DNA of 64,000 bases from an uncultured Candidatus Rokubacteria bacterium (GTDB lineage Bacteria > Methylomirabilota > Methylomirabilia > Rokubacteriales > DASRDR01), in assembly GCA_963708025.1 (NCBI GenBank), contig CAVPSB010000022.1, positions 64,001 to 128,000 of the forward strand, in the 5' to 3' direction. Numbering within the stretch: the first letter of the stretch is position 1; each line of letters starts with the position of its first letter. A program made the position numbers and the translations under genes. Of this stretch, positions 24,626 through 37,246 are shown in pieces. The notes beneath the pieces were generated by a model that did no database searches, was not told where the DNA came from, and saw only the letters and a program-made list of their open reading frames with translations.

Positions 24626-27600
24626 CTAGCGGGTGGCGCCCCTCCGGAGGACCTGCGAAGGATCTTCGCCCGTGATGGGGCCGAGGCGGGTCAGACGGTC
24701 CCGGGCCCACGTGGCGAGCTCCGGCTCCAGGCCGGGACGGCTCAGGAGCTTTCTCAGCAGGATGGAGGCCTCGCGGGGCATCTGGCGCGCCAGGTAGCTC
24801 TGAACGGCTCCCTGCAGGCCCCGCGCGGCCCAGGGAACCGTATCCGGGTAGACGTAGGTGGCGCCCAGGTACGAGGCGATGGCCGCTTCGTACTCGGTGC
24901 GGTCGCGGTACAGCTCGCCCAGATAGAACAGCGCGGAGGCCGCCACCGGCGCGTCCCCGGCGTCGCGGGCCGCCTCGAGCGCCCGCTGGGCGGTGCTCCA
25001 CTGCTTGTTGATCAGCAAGAGGTGGCCGCGGGTGAGCTGCATGTTGGGCGCCAGCGGGTGCGCCGGGAACCGGGTGACGAACGTCTCGGCGGCGGCGAGG
25101 ACCCGGTCGCGCTGGCCCCGTGCCTCGTGGGTCTGGACCAGCAAGGCGAGGGCACGCGGGGCCTGCGGGTCGTCGGCGGGCGCCTCCTTCAGGAAGCCCT
25201 CGAGCGCGCGCTGCGTCTCGGCGGTGTCCGACAGCGCCATGGCGGCCTCGGCCAGGCCCAGCCACGCCTCGCGGCGGATCTCCTCGTTTTGGACCCGGAC
25301 CAGCAGCTCCCCGTAGGCCTGGCGGGCCAGCGCCGGCCGCGAGCGCGCCGCGGCCTGGGCCAGCAGGATCAGGGCGTCCTGGACGTACTCGCTCTTCGGC
25401 GCATCGCGGAGGAGACGCCGCACCCCGCTGTCCAGGCGATCGAGCTCCCGCCGGTCGGCGGCCAGGAGGACGAGCCGGTAGAGCAAGAGCTCGCTGTACG
25501 GATTCGCCGGGTACCGGTTGACGAACGCCGTGGCCCGCTCCCGGAGGCCCTGCTCGTCGCGGCGACGCTCCGCGCTCAGGATGAGCGCGTACGCGGACGG
25601 CACCGCCACCTCGGGGGCCGCGGCGAGCCGCGCGGTGGTGAGGGCCTTCTCGGCCTCGTTGAGGTGATTCTGGGCGAGCGCGGCCAGCCCGAACCCCAGC
25701 CAGTTCGACGGCTCGGCCGGCGCCAGGGACGCGGCCCAGTTGAACTGGCGCTCGGCGGCGTCGAACTGGCCGAGCCGGTACCGGGCGATCCCGAGGGCCC
25801 GGCGCAGCACGGGCTGCTGGGTCCCGTCGGTGATCCGGGGGACCAGCGGCTCCAGCTCCTGCACCGCGGCGGCGTACTCCCGGGCCCGGACCAGCAGGAT
25901 GCCGCGATCCAGGGCGAAGGTGTCGCTGAACGGGTGCGCCGGCGCCAGGGTCGCCAGCCCGCGTAGCGCCGCCAGGCTGTCCGCCTCCTGGCCCTGGCGG
26001 AGCCCGACGTCCGCGATGGCGAGCTGGGCCAGGACCGCGACCTCCACCTCCGTCGCCAGTGCGGCCTCCCGCCACTCGCGGAGCGCCGACTGGGTTTCAC
26101 CGTCGGCGAGGAGCGCCCAGCCCAGCAGGAGCCGCATCCGCCCCGCCTGGGCCGACGTCGAGTAGTCACGGAGCGCGAGCCGGAAGAGGGCGGCCGCGCG
26201 ATTGGCGTCGCCGGCCCGCGCGGCGGCTTCGGCCGTCAGCAGGAGCACCCCCTCCCGCAGCTCGGGCAGCACCCCGGCCCGCAGCAGGGCTTCGCCCTCG
26301 ACGCGCGCCTCCAGCGGCTTCTGGCCCCGGAGGAGCAGGAGCCCGAGCCGGTTCGCCGCCCGCTGGGCGATCGCCTCGATCTTCCCGGTCTCGCGCAGGA
26401 CCCGGTAGTACCGCTCGGCGTCCGCGAGGCTGCCCAGGCGCTCGACGGTCTCGCCGAGGCGGTAGGTGACGTACTCGGCGCGCTCGGGCTCGAGCCGGAG
26501 GGACAGGAGCTCCTTGTAGATGTTGACCGCGTCGCGGCCGGCGTTCCGGCGGAGCGCGTCGTCGGCCAGGAGCAGGAAGACGTCGGGCAGCCGGGGGTCC
26601 CGGGCCGAATCGGCCTTGAGGAGGCGCGCGGCGTCACGCGCCCGGGCGGAGTCGCCGAGCGCCAGGTAGGCCCGGACCAGGCCGGTCCGGAGCTGCGGGA
26701 TCAGCTCCGCCCGGGGGCTCGAGCTCTGCGCCCACAGGAACCGCCGGACCGCCTCGTCGGGCACCCGGCGGGCGAGCGCCGTCCAGCCCGCCTGCGCGAT
26801 CCCGTCCACGCGCAGCGGATGGCTGGCCGGCACGGTGGCCAGGAAGCCGTCGAGGCTCTGCATGGCGGCGTCCAGCTGCCCGACGCCCACCAGCCCGACA
26901 CCCCGCCAGAACGCGAGCTCCTCGGCGATCGCCGGGGGCGGGCCGGTGGCGGCCACCGTGTCCCAGAGGGCCACGGCCTGGTCCGGCCGGCCGGCGTAGA
27001 GCCGGATCACGCCGTCGAGGAAGCGGGCGACCAGCGCCACCGGCTGCGGGGAGGTGGCCGCGAGGGCCGGGGCCAGCGCCCGCTGAGCCTCGGCGACGTC
27101 TCCGCGCCGGAGCGCCAGCCAGCCCAGCCCGAGCGCCACGTGAGGCGCCAGCTCGGCCGGCACGCCCAGGGGGAGGGCCGAGCGATAGCGCCGCTCGGCC
27201 TCGTCGTAGCGGCCCTCCCGGAAGGCCACCTCGCCGAGCCAGACGTAGCCTCCGGCACTGGGCTCCTTGCCGAGGCTGGTCTCCAGCGCCTCGCGGGCAC
27301 CCCGCGGGTCACCCCCGAGAAACCGGTGCACCCCGCAGTCCAGCAGACGGGAGGGTTGCCCGAACGAGAAGGTGCAGCTCGTCCCCCCGGGATCGCGCAC
27401 GGCCGGAAGGGGCTTGACCGCCGCGGTCTGGAAGCGCGGCAGCGGCCCCGCGCCCAGGTCCACCGTGGGCGCCGGCGCCGCGGGCGGCCCGGGCGGCTCG
27501 AACACGGGCCGCGTCACCCCGAGAGGGAGCGGCACGACGGTCAGCATCAGGTCCGGGAAGGGCAGCTCGACGGGCCGGGCCGTGGCCGCGCCCGCCGGGA

Positions 27601-27658
27601 GCGGGAGCAGGGCCAGGAAGCCGACGATGAGGAGGCCGGCGACCGGACGGACGCTCAT
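24626..27658 (-). CDS. Large exported TPR-repeat protein (about 1010 aa)
   Basis: ATG at 27658 is ATGA-coupled to the upstream gene; signal peptide MSVRPVAGLLIVGFLALLPLPAGA; many TPR-like helices (..YP..P.A..AL). Confidence 0.8.
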   Translation of the reverse strand: MSVRPVAGLLIVGFLALLPLPAGAATARPVELPFPDLMLTVVPLPLGVTRPVFEPPGPPAAPAPTVDLGAGPLPRFQTAAVKPLPAVRDPGGTSCTFSFGQPSRLLDCGVHRFLGGDPRGAREALETSLGKEPSAGGYVWLGEVAFREGRYDEAERRYRSALPLGVPAELAPHVALGLGWLALRRGDVAEAQRALAPALAATSPQPVALVARFLDGVIRLYAGRPDQAVALWDTVAATGPPPAIAEELAFWRGVGLVGVGQLDAAMQSLDGFLATVPASHPLRVDGIAQAGWTALARRVPDEAVRRFLWAQSSSPRAELIPQLRTGLVRAYLALGDSARARDAARLLKADSARDPRLPDVFLLLADDALRRNAGRDAVNIYKELLSLRLEPERAEYVTYRLGETVERLGSLADAERYYRVLRETGKIEAIAQRAANRLGLLLLRGQKPLEARVEGEALLRAGVLPELREGVLLLTAEAAARAGDANRAAALFRLALRDYSTSAQAGRMRLLLGWALLADGETQSALREWREAALATEVEVAVLAQLAIADVGLRQGQEADSLAALRGLATLAPAHPFSDTFALDRGILLVRAREYAAAVQELEPLVPRITDGTQQPVLRRALGIARYRLGQFDAAERQFNWAASLAPAEPSNWLGFGLAALAQNHLNEAEKALTTARLAAAPEVAVPSAYALILSAERRRDEQGLRERATAFVNRYPANPYSELLLYRLVLLAADRRELDRLDSGVRRLLRDAPKSEYVQDALILLAQAAARSRPALARQAYGELLVRVQNEEIRREAWLGLAEAAMALSDTAETQRALEGFLKEAPADDPQAPRALALLVQTHEARGQRDRVLAAAETFVTRFPAHPLAPNMQLTRGHLLLINKQWSTAQRALEAARDAGDAPVAASALFYLGELYRDRTEYEAAIASYLGATYVYPDTVPWAARGLQGAVQSYLARQMPREASILLRKLLSRPGLEPELATWARDRLTRLGPITGEDPSQVLRRGATR

Positions 27659-29310
27659 GAGGTCTTCTTCGCCCCAGCGGCCCCTTTGGGCTTCGGCTTG
27701 GGGGCGGGCCGCTGCCGCGCCTTCTCGCGCGCTTGCCGCTCGCGCTCCTGCTTCTCGCGCTCCAGCTGCTCGCGCGCTTGCCGCTCTAGCGCCTGCCGCT
27801 CGCGCTCGAGCGCCTGCCGCTCGCGCTCCAGCTCCTCGCGCGCTTGCCGCTCCAGCTCCAGCCGCTCGCGCTCCAGCCGCTCGCGCTCCTGCCGCTCCAG
27901 CTCCTGCCGCTCGCGCTCCTGCCGCTCGCGCTCCTGCCGCTCGCGCTCCTGCTCCCGCGCCAGCGCGCGCGCCTCCAGGACCTGGACGCGGTCGCCGGCC
28001 CACCGGACGAGATCCTGGTCCTCGGCCTTGTCGACGATCTCCTGGTACGCCTGCTTGGCCGCGGCCTCGTCCTTCTGCGCTTCGGCCACCAGCCCGACCC
28101 CAGCCAGGGCCCGGAACCGCGGCCCGGACCCCGCCGACGCCTCGGCGGCCGCTGTCGCGTAGGCGGTCTGCGCCTCCGCCGTCTTCCCAGCCTTGAGCGC
28201 GCCATCGCCGAGGAGCAGGAGCGCCTCGAGACGCTGGCTGCCATTGGCGTCCGCGATCTCCCGGGCCAGCGCGATCGCCGGGTCGAACTGCCTCCGCTTG
28301 ACGTACAGGTTCACCAGTTCGAGCCCGGCCAGCTCGGCGAGGGCATCGCGTGGGTGGTCGCGCCGCAGCGCCTTCCAGGCCGCCTCGGCGTCCGGAGCCC
28401 GCCCGAGCTGGCCGGAGAGCTCGCCGATCTGGTAGAGCGCCTGCGGGACCATGGCGTGGGTCGGCGCGTCCCGCACCAGTGCCCGGTACTGGTCGACCGC
28501 CTCCCGGGGCCGGCCGGACTTGGCGTGGGCCTCGGCCAGCAGGACGCGGACCGTGGGCGCCAGCTCCTGGGTCCGGTTGCCCGCGAGCCACGACTCGAGC
28601 GTGCGGACCGCTTCCGGGGTGCGACCGGTCTCGATCTGGGCGACGCCGAGGAGGTACTGCGTCTCCGTCAGGAACCGGCTCCGGGGAAACCGGCTGGCAT
28701 AGCTGGACAGGAGGGCGTAGGCCTCCTCCCAGCGCTTCGCCCGGACGAGCTCCCGGGCCGCGGCGTAGGCGGCCGAGCCGGCCAGCTCGGTGGTCGGGTG
28801 CTGCGCGAGCAGGACGCTGAAGGTGGCGAGCGCCTCGTCCGGGAGGCCCAGCTCCAGCTCGCTGAAGCCTCGGGCGTAGAGCGCGTCGGGCGTGTAGGGC
28901 GAGCCCGGGTAGTCGCGCAGGAGCACGGAGTAGCGCGCGCGGGCCTGGTCGAAGCGGCGCAGCCGGAAGTAGACCTCCGCCTGCCAGAAGATCGGCTCGC
29001 CGGGGGTGAAGGCGCGGAGGGGCAGGCTCTCGCCGGCCTGGAACTCGGCGAGCGCGTCGGCGTACGACTTGAGGGCGAAGGCCGCCTTGCCGCGCAGGAG
29101 CATCGCGTCACCGCGCCGGGGATCGGCCGGGGCCGCCTGGACGAACCGCCCCAGCTCCCGGTAGGTGACGTCGTAGAGGCCGTCCTCGAAGGCCTGCACG
29201 CCCACCGTCCAGAGCCGGTCAGGCTCCGACACGGCGGCGCCGGCCGGGCCGACGGCAGCCCCGGCCACCAGCACCACCAGACACACGAGCCGCATCGCGA
29301 TCGGGGTCAT
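27655..29310 (-). CDS. Exported TPR-repeat protein (YfiO/CpoB-like repeats) with a C-terminal (E/Q)RER low-complexity tail
   Basis: Signal peptide; repeated YPGSPY.PDALY, FPRSRF and APTHAMVPQALY motifs; ERERQ tail and KPKPK end. Confidence 0.82.
   Translation of the reverse strand: MTPIAMRLVCLVVLVAGAAVGPAGAAVSEPDRLWTVGVQAFEDGLYDVTYRELGRFVQAAPADPRRGDAMLLRGKAAFALKSYADALAEFQAGESLPLRAFTPGEPIFWQAEVYFRLRRFDQARARYSVLLRDYPGSPYTPDALYARGFSELELGLPDEALATFSVLLAQHPTTELAGSAAYAAARELVRAKRWEEAYALLSSYASRFPRSRFLTETQYLLGVAQIETGRTPEAVRTLESWLAGNRTQELAPTVRVLLAEAHAKSGRPREAVDQYRALVRDAPTHAMVPQALYQIGELSGQLGRAPDAEAAWKALRRDHPRDALAELAGLELVNLYVKRRQFDPAIALAREIADANGSQRLEALLLLGDGALKAGKTAEAQTAYATAAAEASAGSGPRFRALAGVGLVAEAQKDEAAAKQAYQEIVDKAEDQDLVRWAGDRVQVLEARALAREQERERQERERQERERQELERQERERLERERLELERQAREELERERQALERERQALERQAREQLEREKQERERQAREKARQRPAPKPKPKGAAGAKKTS
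27716..27960 (-). repeat. Coding tandem repeat, mainly 15-nt CAGGAGCGCGAGCGG units plus 21-nt variants
   Basis: CTCCTGCCGCTCGCG repeats on the plus strand; encodes QERER/QALERER. Confidence 0.85.
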
Positions 29311-29384
29311 CGAGTCGAGATCACCCGGAAATGTCTCATTACCCTACCAGATTTTCCCGCGAGAATGGCTATACTCGCAGAGGC

Positions 29385-30029
29385 ATGCGACTGCTGTGCG
29401 CGTTCGATCTGGATCACACGCTGGTCCGCTCGGCCCTCGACCTCGGCGCCATGAAAGCCGAGATCCGCGCGCTGGCGGCGCGCCGGGGCATCGCCCTGCC
29501 GCCCGTCTCGCTGGGCTGGACGATCGCCCAGACGATCGAGGCGATGGCGGCCGCCGCGCCGGCGGTGGAGGCGACGTGCTGGGCCATCGCGCTCGAGCAC
29601 GAGACGGCGGCGCTCGACTCGGCCACGTGCGAGCCGGGCGCCCAGGAAGCGGTGGAGACGCTGGCGACCGCCGAGGTCCCGCTGGCGATCTGGACCAACA
29701 ACGCCCGGCGGGCGACCGAGATCGCGCTGGAGCGCTGCGGGCTCCGCCCCTTCTTCCGGACGCTGGTCACCCGCGACGAGGCCGCGCTCAAGCCGGATCC
29801 CGCCGGCCTGGCGCTCCTGCGCCAGGCGCATCCCGCGCATCCCGTCTGCATGGTCGGCGACTCCTGGGTCGACGGGGTGGCCGCCCAGGCCGGCGGCGCC
29901 ACGTTCATCGCCTACCGGATCGGGCCCGAGGAGCTCGAGCGGCGCGCGGTGGTGCCGCGGGTCGTGATCCAGGACCTGCGCGCGCTCCCCGCGCACCTCG
30001 CCGCGCTCGCCGGCCAGCGCCCCGTATAA
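29385..30029 (+). CDS. HAD-family hydrolase (phosphoglycolate phosphatase-like)
   Basis: [31 protein letters not shown] -10 at 29370-29375. Confidence 0.85.
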   Translation: MRLLCAFDLDHTLVRSALDLGAMKAEIRALAARRGIALPPVSLGWTIAQTIEAMAAAAPAVEATCWAIALEHETAALDSATCEPGAQEAVETLATAEVPLAIWTNNARRATEIALERCGLRPFFRTLVTRDEAALKPDPAGLALLRQAHPAHPVCMVGDSWVDGVAAQAGGATFIAYRIGPEELERRAVVPRVVIQDLRALPAHLAALAGQRPV

Positions 30030-30044
30030 TGTGATCGGCACCGG

Positions 30045-32610
<2,566 letters not shown>

Positions 32611-32650
32611 TGGAGCGCGGGCTCACGGCGGTGAGGCGCGGCCGGTCCCG

Positions 32651-33784
32651 TTGCGGGTCGTCCTGGCCGGCGGCGGCACGGGCGGCCACACCTCCGCGGG
32701 CCTGGCGATCGCCGCGGCGCTCCGCGCCCGGCTCGGCGAGCGGGTCCAGCTCGACTGGATCGGAAGCCACGCGGGCCTGGAGGCGACGCGGGTTCCCGCG
32801 GCCGGGATCCGCTACCACGCCATCGCCACCGGGAAGCTGCGCCGGGCCGTCGCCGTCCGGAACCTGACCGATCTGGGCCTCCGGGTCCCGGCCGGGCTCG
32901 TCCAGGCCTGGACCCGCCTCGGCCGCCTGCGGCCCGACGTCGTCGTCGCCACCGGCGGCTTCGTATCGGTGCCGACGGCACTCGCCGCCGCCGCCCGTCG
33001 CCGCCCGCTTCTCGTCCACGAGCAGGTGGCGGTTCCGGGCCTGGCCAACCGGCTGATCGCCCGGGTCGCCGACCGGGTGGCGGTCACCTTCGAGACCTCG
33101 GCCTCCGCCTTTCCCGCCCGGAAGGTGGTGGTGACGGGCAACCCGATGCGTCCGGAGCTGACCGCCGGCGATCCCGCGCGGGCCTTCACCGGCTTCGGCC
33201 TCGACCCCGCCGTCCCGCTCGTCTACGTCACCGGTGGAGCCCAGGGCTCCCATCGCATCAACCGGGTCGTGGGCGCCGCCCTCGCCCCCCTCGTCGCCGG
33301 CTGCCAGCTCGTCCACCAGTGCGGGACCAACGAGTACGGCGACGCCGAATGGCTCGCAGGCCAGGCCGAGGCGCTCCCGCCGGCGGCGAGGGCGCGCTAC
33401 CGGGTGGTGCCGTTCGTGACCGACGCCCTCGCCGACCTCTACGCCGCCGCCGCGCTCGTCGTCGGCCGCGCGGGCGCCGGCACCGTCACCGAGCTGTGCG
33501 CGGTCGGCCTGCCGGCGATCCTGATCCCCCTGCCGCAGGCCCGCGGCGACGAGCAGACGGCCAACGCCCGGATCCTGGCCGACGCCGGGGCCGCCGTCCT
33601 GCTCCGCGATCAGGATCTGTCGGCCGAGCGCCTGGTCCAGACGGTCCGCGAGCTGATCGGCACCCCCGGCCGCCTCAAGCAGATGGGGGAGCGCGCCCAG
33701 AGCCTGGCCCGCCCCGACGCCGCCGAGCGCCTCGTCGATCTGATCCTCGAGCTGGCCCGCCAACCCCAGGGCCCTCGAGCCTAG
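32651..33784 (+). CDS. murG: Undecaprenyl-PP-MurNAc-pentapeptide GlcNAc transferase
   Basis: [50 protein letters not shown]. Confidence 0.9.
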   Translation: MRVVLAGGGTGGHTSAGLAIAAALRARLGERVQLDWIGSHAGLEATRVPAAGIRYHAIATGKLRRAVAVRNLTDLGLRVPAGLVQAWTRLGRLRPDVVVATGGFVSVPTALAAAARRRPLLVHEQVAVPGLANRLIARVADRVAVTFETSASAFPARKVVVTGNPMRPELTAGDPARAFTGFGLDPAVPLVYVTGGAQGSHRINRVVGAALAPLVAGCQLVHQCGTNEYGDAEWLAGQAEALPPAARARYRVVPFVTDALADLYAAAALVVGRAGAGTVTELCAVGLPAILIPLPQARGDEQTANARILADAGAAVLLRDQDLSAERLVQTVRELIGTPGRLKQMGERAQSLARPDAAERLVDLILELARQPQGPRA

Positions 33785-33887
33785 TGCCGTTTCAACTACA
33801 TGAGCCAAAATGGGCAAGCGATTCTTGAAGCGCGACCTTGCCGCATTCCTCGAAAGCACTAGCTGGGACAAGTTGGAACGGCACTAG
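33781..33887. mobile_element. Putative MITE / non-autonomous IS remnant
   Basis: CTAGTGCCGTTTCAACT...AGTTGGAACGGCACTAG (16/17 IR) around an AT-richer core. Confidence 0.7.
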
Positions 33888-33923
33888 TTGCACCTGCCGT
33901 CCCGCCGGAGCGAGACTGGACCC

Positions 33924-34365
33924 ATGCCGCCCGAAACCCGGTACGCCAGGAGCGGGGATATTCACATCGCCTACCAGGTCGTGGGCGACGGGCCCTTCGA
34001 CCTGCTCTTCGTGCCCGGCTTCGTCTCGCATCTCGAGGCGAACTGGGACGACCCGAACATCGCCGCGATGCTCGGGCGACTGGCGCGGTTCTCCCGGCTC
34101 ATCCTCTTCGACAAGCGAGGCACCGGGCTCTCCGACCGGGGCTCGCTGAACTTCACGCTCGAGCAGCGGATGGAGGACGTCCGGGCCGTGCTCGACGCCG
34201 TCGGGTCGCAGCGGGCGGCGCTCTTCGGCATCTCGGAGGGCGGGCCGATGTCCGCCCTCTACGCCGCGACGTACCCGGAGCGCACCTCCGCTCTGGTGAT
34301 CTACGGCTCCTACGCCCGGCGGAGCTGGGCGCCCGATCATCCGTTCGGGATGACCGACCCAGGTG
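33924..34365 (+). pseudogene. Truncated alpha/beta hydrolase (LipJ-type hydrolase-cyclase N-terminus)
   Basis: PETRYARSGD.HIAYQVVG.GP.DL.FVPG.VSH, FDKRGTGLSDR, G.SEGG. Similarity stops after about 145 aa and the ORF runs into the convergent gene. Confidence 0.7.
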
Positions 34366-34389
34366 AACCGAGATCTGACCGGCAGCGCC

Positions 34390-35117
34390 TCAGAGCCGCG
34401 GAGGCCGGCCGCGCAGGTCGAAGCGCAGCGGGCATTCCGTGCACCGGGCCACCGACGTCCGACAATATTCCTTCGCGACCCGCACCAGGAGGGCGTGATA
34501 CTCGTTGAAGAGCGCGGGATCCCGGGGCAGGTGATCCATGACGAGAGCCTGGAGCTCCGCGTAGCCCACGTCGGCCGCCACCACGCGGTGCCGTGAGAGG
34601 ATGCGCCGGGTGTAGGCGTCCACCACGAAGACGGGGCGGCCGGCCGCGTAGAGCAGGATCGAGTCCGCGATCTCCGGCCCGATGCCCGGGATCGACAGGA
34701 GCTCGGCCCGGAGAGCCGGCGCCGGCTGGCGGAGGAAGCGACGGAGGCGCCCGGCGTGGCGATGCGCCAGGTGCTGGAGGAAGGCGCGGAGCCGGCCGGC
34801 CTTGACGCGGTAGAAGCCGGAGGCGCGGACGAGCGTCGCGAGCCGGCGGGGGGGAGCCGGTGGAGCACGCCGGGCCGGAGCCCGCCCGCCCGGCGGAGCG
34901 CCGCGATGGCGCGCTCCACGTTGACCCAGGCGGTGCTCTGGGTCAGGATGGCGCCGACGACGACCTCGAAGGCCGAGCGCGCCGGCCACCACCCCTGGGG
35001 ACCGAAGCGCCTCAGCAGCGCGTCGTACAGGCGGAAGAGTCGCCGGCGGAGCGGACGACTCCGAGGAAGCACGCGGCCCCGCGGCGGGGACGAACGATCA
35101 ACGGGAGGGCGCGGCAT
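34390..35117 (-). CDS. Endonuclease III-related HhH-GPD protein (one frameshift at about 34850; start uncertain)
   Basis: FGPQGWWPA...FEVVVGAILTQ.T.W.NV, SGFY..KA.RL, GIGPE.ADSILLYA, FVVDAYT.R, EYHAL.V..K..C...C..CPL. Confidence 0.85.
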
Positions 35118-35146
35118 GCTTCGAGGCGCTGCTGAGCCGGCATCTG

Positions 35147-35599
35147 ATGGTCCTGGTCATGCTCATCCTGGCCGGGGTCGGATGGCTGCTGGAGGCCAAG
35201 CTCAACCTCTTCGAGTGGTTCTACGACTTCTCCCGTCAATACGAGACCATCGCCCTCGACGGGCTGGTGCCCGGCATCCTCCTGGTGCTCGTGGGCGCGT
35301 TCCTCGATACCTACCGGGCCCACCTGCAATCGCTCCGCGAGCGCGACCGGCTGCAGGTCATGATGGAGATGGCCGCGACCGTCGCCCACGAGGTCAACGA
35401 CCCGCTGACCACGATCATCGCTCACCTGGAGGTGGCGGTGGAGGAGATGGAGCCCGACGACCCGCAGCGCGACCGGATGACGTCGCTCCGCGAGGCGGCC
35501 TGGCGCATGGCGAGCCGGGTCAAGCAGCTCACCGAGCTCCGCGAGTATCGGCCCCGGGAGGTGGGTGTCGGCCCGCGTCTCATCGATCTCCCCCGGTGA
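35147..35599 (+). CDS. Small membrane protein with a HisKA-like H-box and no HATPase domain
   Basis: Two hydrophobic segments, then ATVAHEVNDPLTTI. Its stop overlaps the next GTG. Confidence 0.7.
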   Translation: MVLVMLILAGVGWLLEAKLNLFEWFYDFSRQYETIALDGLVPGILLVLVGAFLDTYRAHLQSLRERDRLQVMMEMAATVAHEVNDPLTTIIAHLEVAVEEMEPDDPQRDRMTSLREAAWRMASRVKQLTELREYRPREVGVGPRLIDLPR

Positions 35600-36597
35600 T
35601 CCTCGGTCTCGCCCTCGCCCTGCTCGCGGCGTCCGCGCCGCTGGCCGTCAGCGTGGGCGGGCCCGCCGAGGACCCGGCGTACCTGCCCGTCCACGTCGCC
35701 GCGGCCCTCGGCACCTTCCAGGCCGAGGGCGTCGAGGTCGTGCTGCGGCGGGCCAAGCACCCGGCGGGGGCGATGGAGGCCCTCCGGGACCGGGCCGCCA
35801 CCGTGGCGGTCAGCACCGCCGACCAGGCCGTGCGCGGCGCCTGGGCCCGCGGGACGCCGGTCCGCATCCTGGTGGCCCACACCCGGGCGCCGGCCGTCGC
35901 GCTGCTCGTCTCGGCCAAGCATCGGGACGCCATCCGCCGCGTGGAGGACCTCCGCGGGCGGCGGGTGGGCATGCCGGGCCCGGGCACCACCGGCCACCTC
36001 GTGCTCGCCACGCTCCTCGCCCGGCGCCGGCTGGGGCCGGCCGACGCTCAGCTCGCCAGCCTCGGAGGCACCGCCCTCGTATCCGGGCTCGCGTCCGGGG
36101 AGCTGGCCGCGGCCGTCCTCGAGGAGCCGTGGATCGGGCGGGCCCTCGACGCCGGCGTAGCCCAGCTGCTGCTCGACGTCCGCCAGCCCGAGGACTGCGT
36201 CCGGCACCTCGGCGGACCCTTCCACGAGATCCTGAGCGTGGCCCGCGCCGACGAGAAGGCCCTGGCCGAGCTGGAGCCGGCTCTGGCCGCCTACGCGCGC
36301 GCCCTCATCCGGGTGCAGGCGTGGCTGGCCGCGACGCCGGCGTCGGCGGTGGCCGAGCGGCTGCCCCCCGCGCTGATCGGGGACCCGGCGCGGTTCGTCT
36401 CGCGGCTCGACGCCGCGCGGGTGGCCTACCTTCCCGACGGGCATGCGACCGAGGCCGGCCTGCGCGCGACGTTCCGGGTCCTCCGGGCCGGGAGCCCCTG
36501 GCCGGTCACCCTCAAAGTCACGCCGGAAGGCCTGCAGGAGCCGTCGTTCGTCACCGCGGCCCGGACGGCGCTGGGCCCGGCGCCCCCGGCTCCCTGA
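35596..36597 (+). CDS. ABC substrate-binding protein, NMT1/SsuA-like
   Basis: Signal peptide from GTG 35596; YLP..VA.ALG.F..EGVEV, IRRVEDLRGRRVG.PGPG.TG. Confidence 0.78.
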   Translation: MILGLALALLAASAPLAVSVGGPAEDPAYLPVHVAAALGTFQAEGVEVVLRRAKHPAGAMEALRDRAATVAVSTADQAVRGAWARGTPVRILVAHTRAPAVALLVSAKHRDAIRRVEDLRGRRVGMPGPGTTGHLVLATLLARRRLGPADAQLASLGGTALVSGLASGELAAAVLEEPWIGRALDAGVAQLLLDVRQPEDCVRHLGGPFHEILSVARADEKALAELEPALAAYARALIRVQAWLAATPASAVAERLPPALIGDPARFVSRLDAARVAYLPDGHATEAGLRATFRVLRAGSPWPVTLKVTPEGLQEPSFVTAARTALGPAPPAP

Positions 36598-37178
36598 CCG
36601 GCTCCAGGCCGAACGCGCGAAGCAGTCGGGCTGTCGTCGTCAGGGGCAGCCCGACCACGTTCGTGTAACAGCCCTCGACCCGCTCGACCAGCCGGCCGCC
36701 CTCCCCCTGGACGGCGTAGCCGCCGGCCTTGTCGTACGGCTCGGGCGTCGCGACGTACGCGTCGAGCTCGGCCGCCGTGTAGGCGCGCATCAGCACCCGG
36801 CTGACCACCGTCTCGGTCGCCTCGCGCCCGGCCGTCGCGTCCACCACCGCCACGGCCGTGACGACGACGTGGGGGCGGGCGCGGAGGGCCAGGAGCATCC
36901 GGCGGGCCTCCTCGCGCGACGCCGGCTTGCCGAACGGACGGCCGTCCAGGACGACGAGCGTGTCCGCCCCGAGGACGAGGCCGGGGCCGAGTCGGGCGGC
37001 GACCGCGCGCGCCTTGGCCAGGGCCAGCCCGGCGGCCTGAGCCGGAATAGGCGCGTCGGGCGCCAGCGCCTCGTTCGACGGCGCTGGGGACGACGTCGAA
37101 CGGCAGACCCAGCTGCGCGAGCAACTCGCGGCGGCGAGGCGAGGCGGAGGCCAGGGTCAGGCCTTTCGATCTTGACAA
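36551..37178 (-). CDS. maf: Maf family nucleotide pyrophosphatase (frameshifted near 37035-37080)
   Basis: LTLASASPRRRELL, LGADT.V..DG..FGKP, EPYDKAGGYAVQG, GCYTNVVGLP. Confidence 0.85.
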
Positions 37179-37245
37179 TCTTGCCAGTCCGCCGGGGAAT
37201 GCCTCCCCGGCGGCACCTGCTTTGAAAGACTGAAAGGCCTGACCC
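37154..37245. repeat. Inverted-repeat element, family A (copy 2)
   Basis: GGGTCAGGCCTTTCGATCTTGAC...AGACTGAAAGGCCTGACCC, with an inner GCCGGGGA/TCCCCGGC hairpin. Confidence 0.8.
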
Positions 37246-37246
37246 C

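Noticed and set aside
27716..27960. Repeat array that might be CRISPR-like, and the GARAA-repeat reading in the 1321-aa ORF
   Set aside because: There are no unique spacers; it is a coding tandem repeat in the ERERQ frame. The real second gene starts at 27658.
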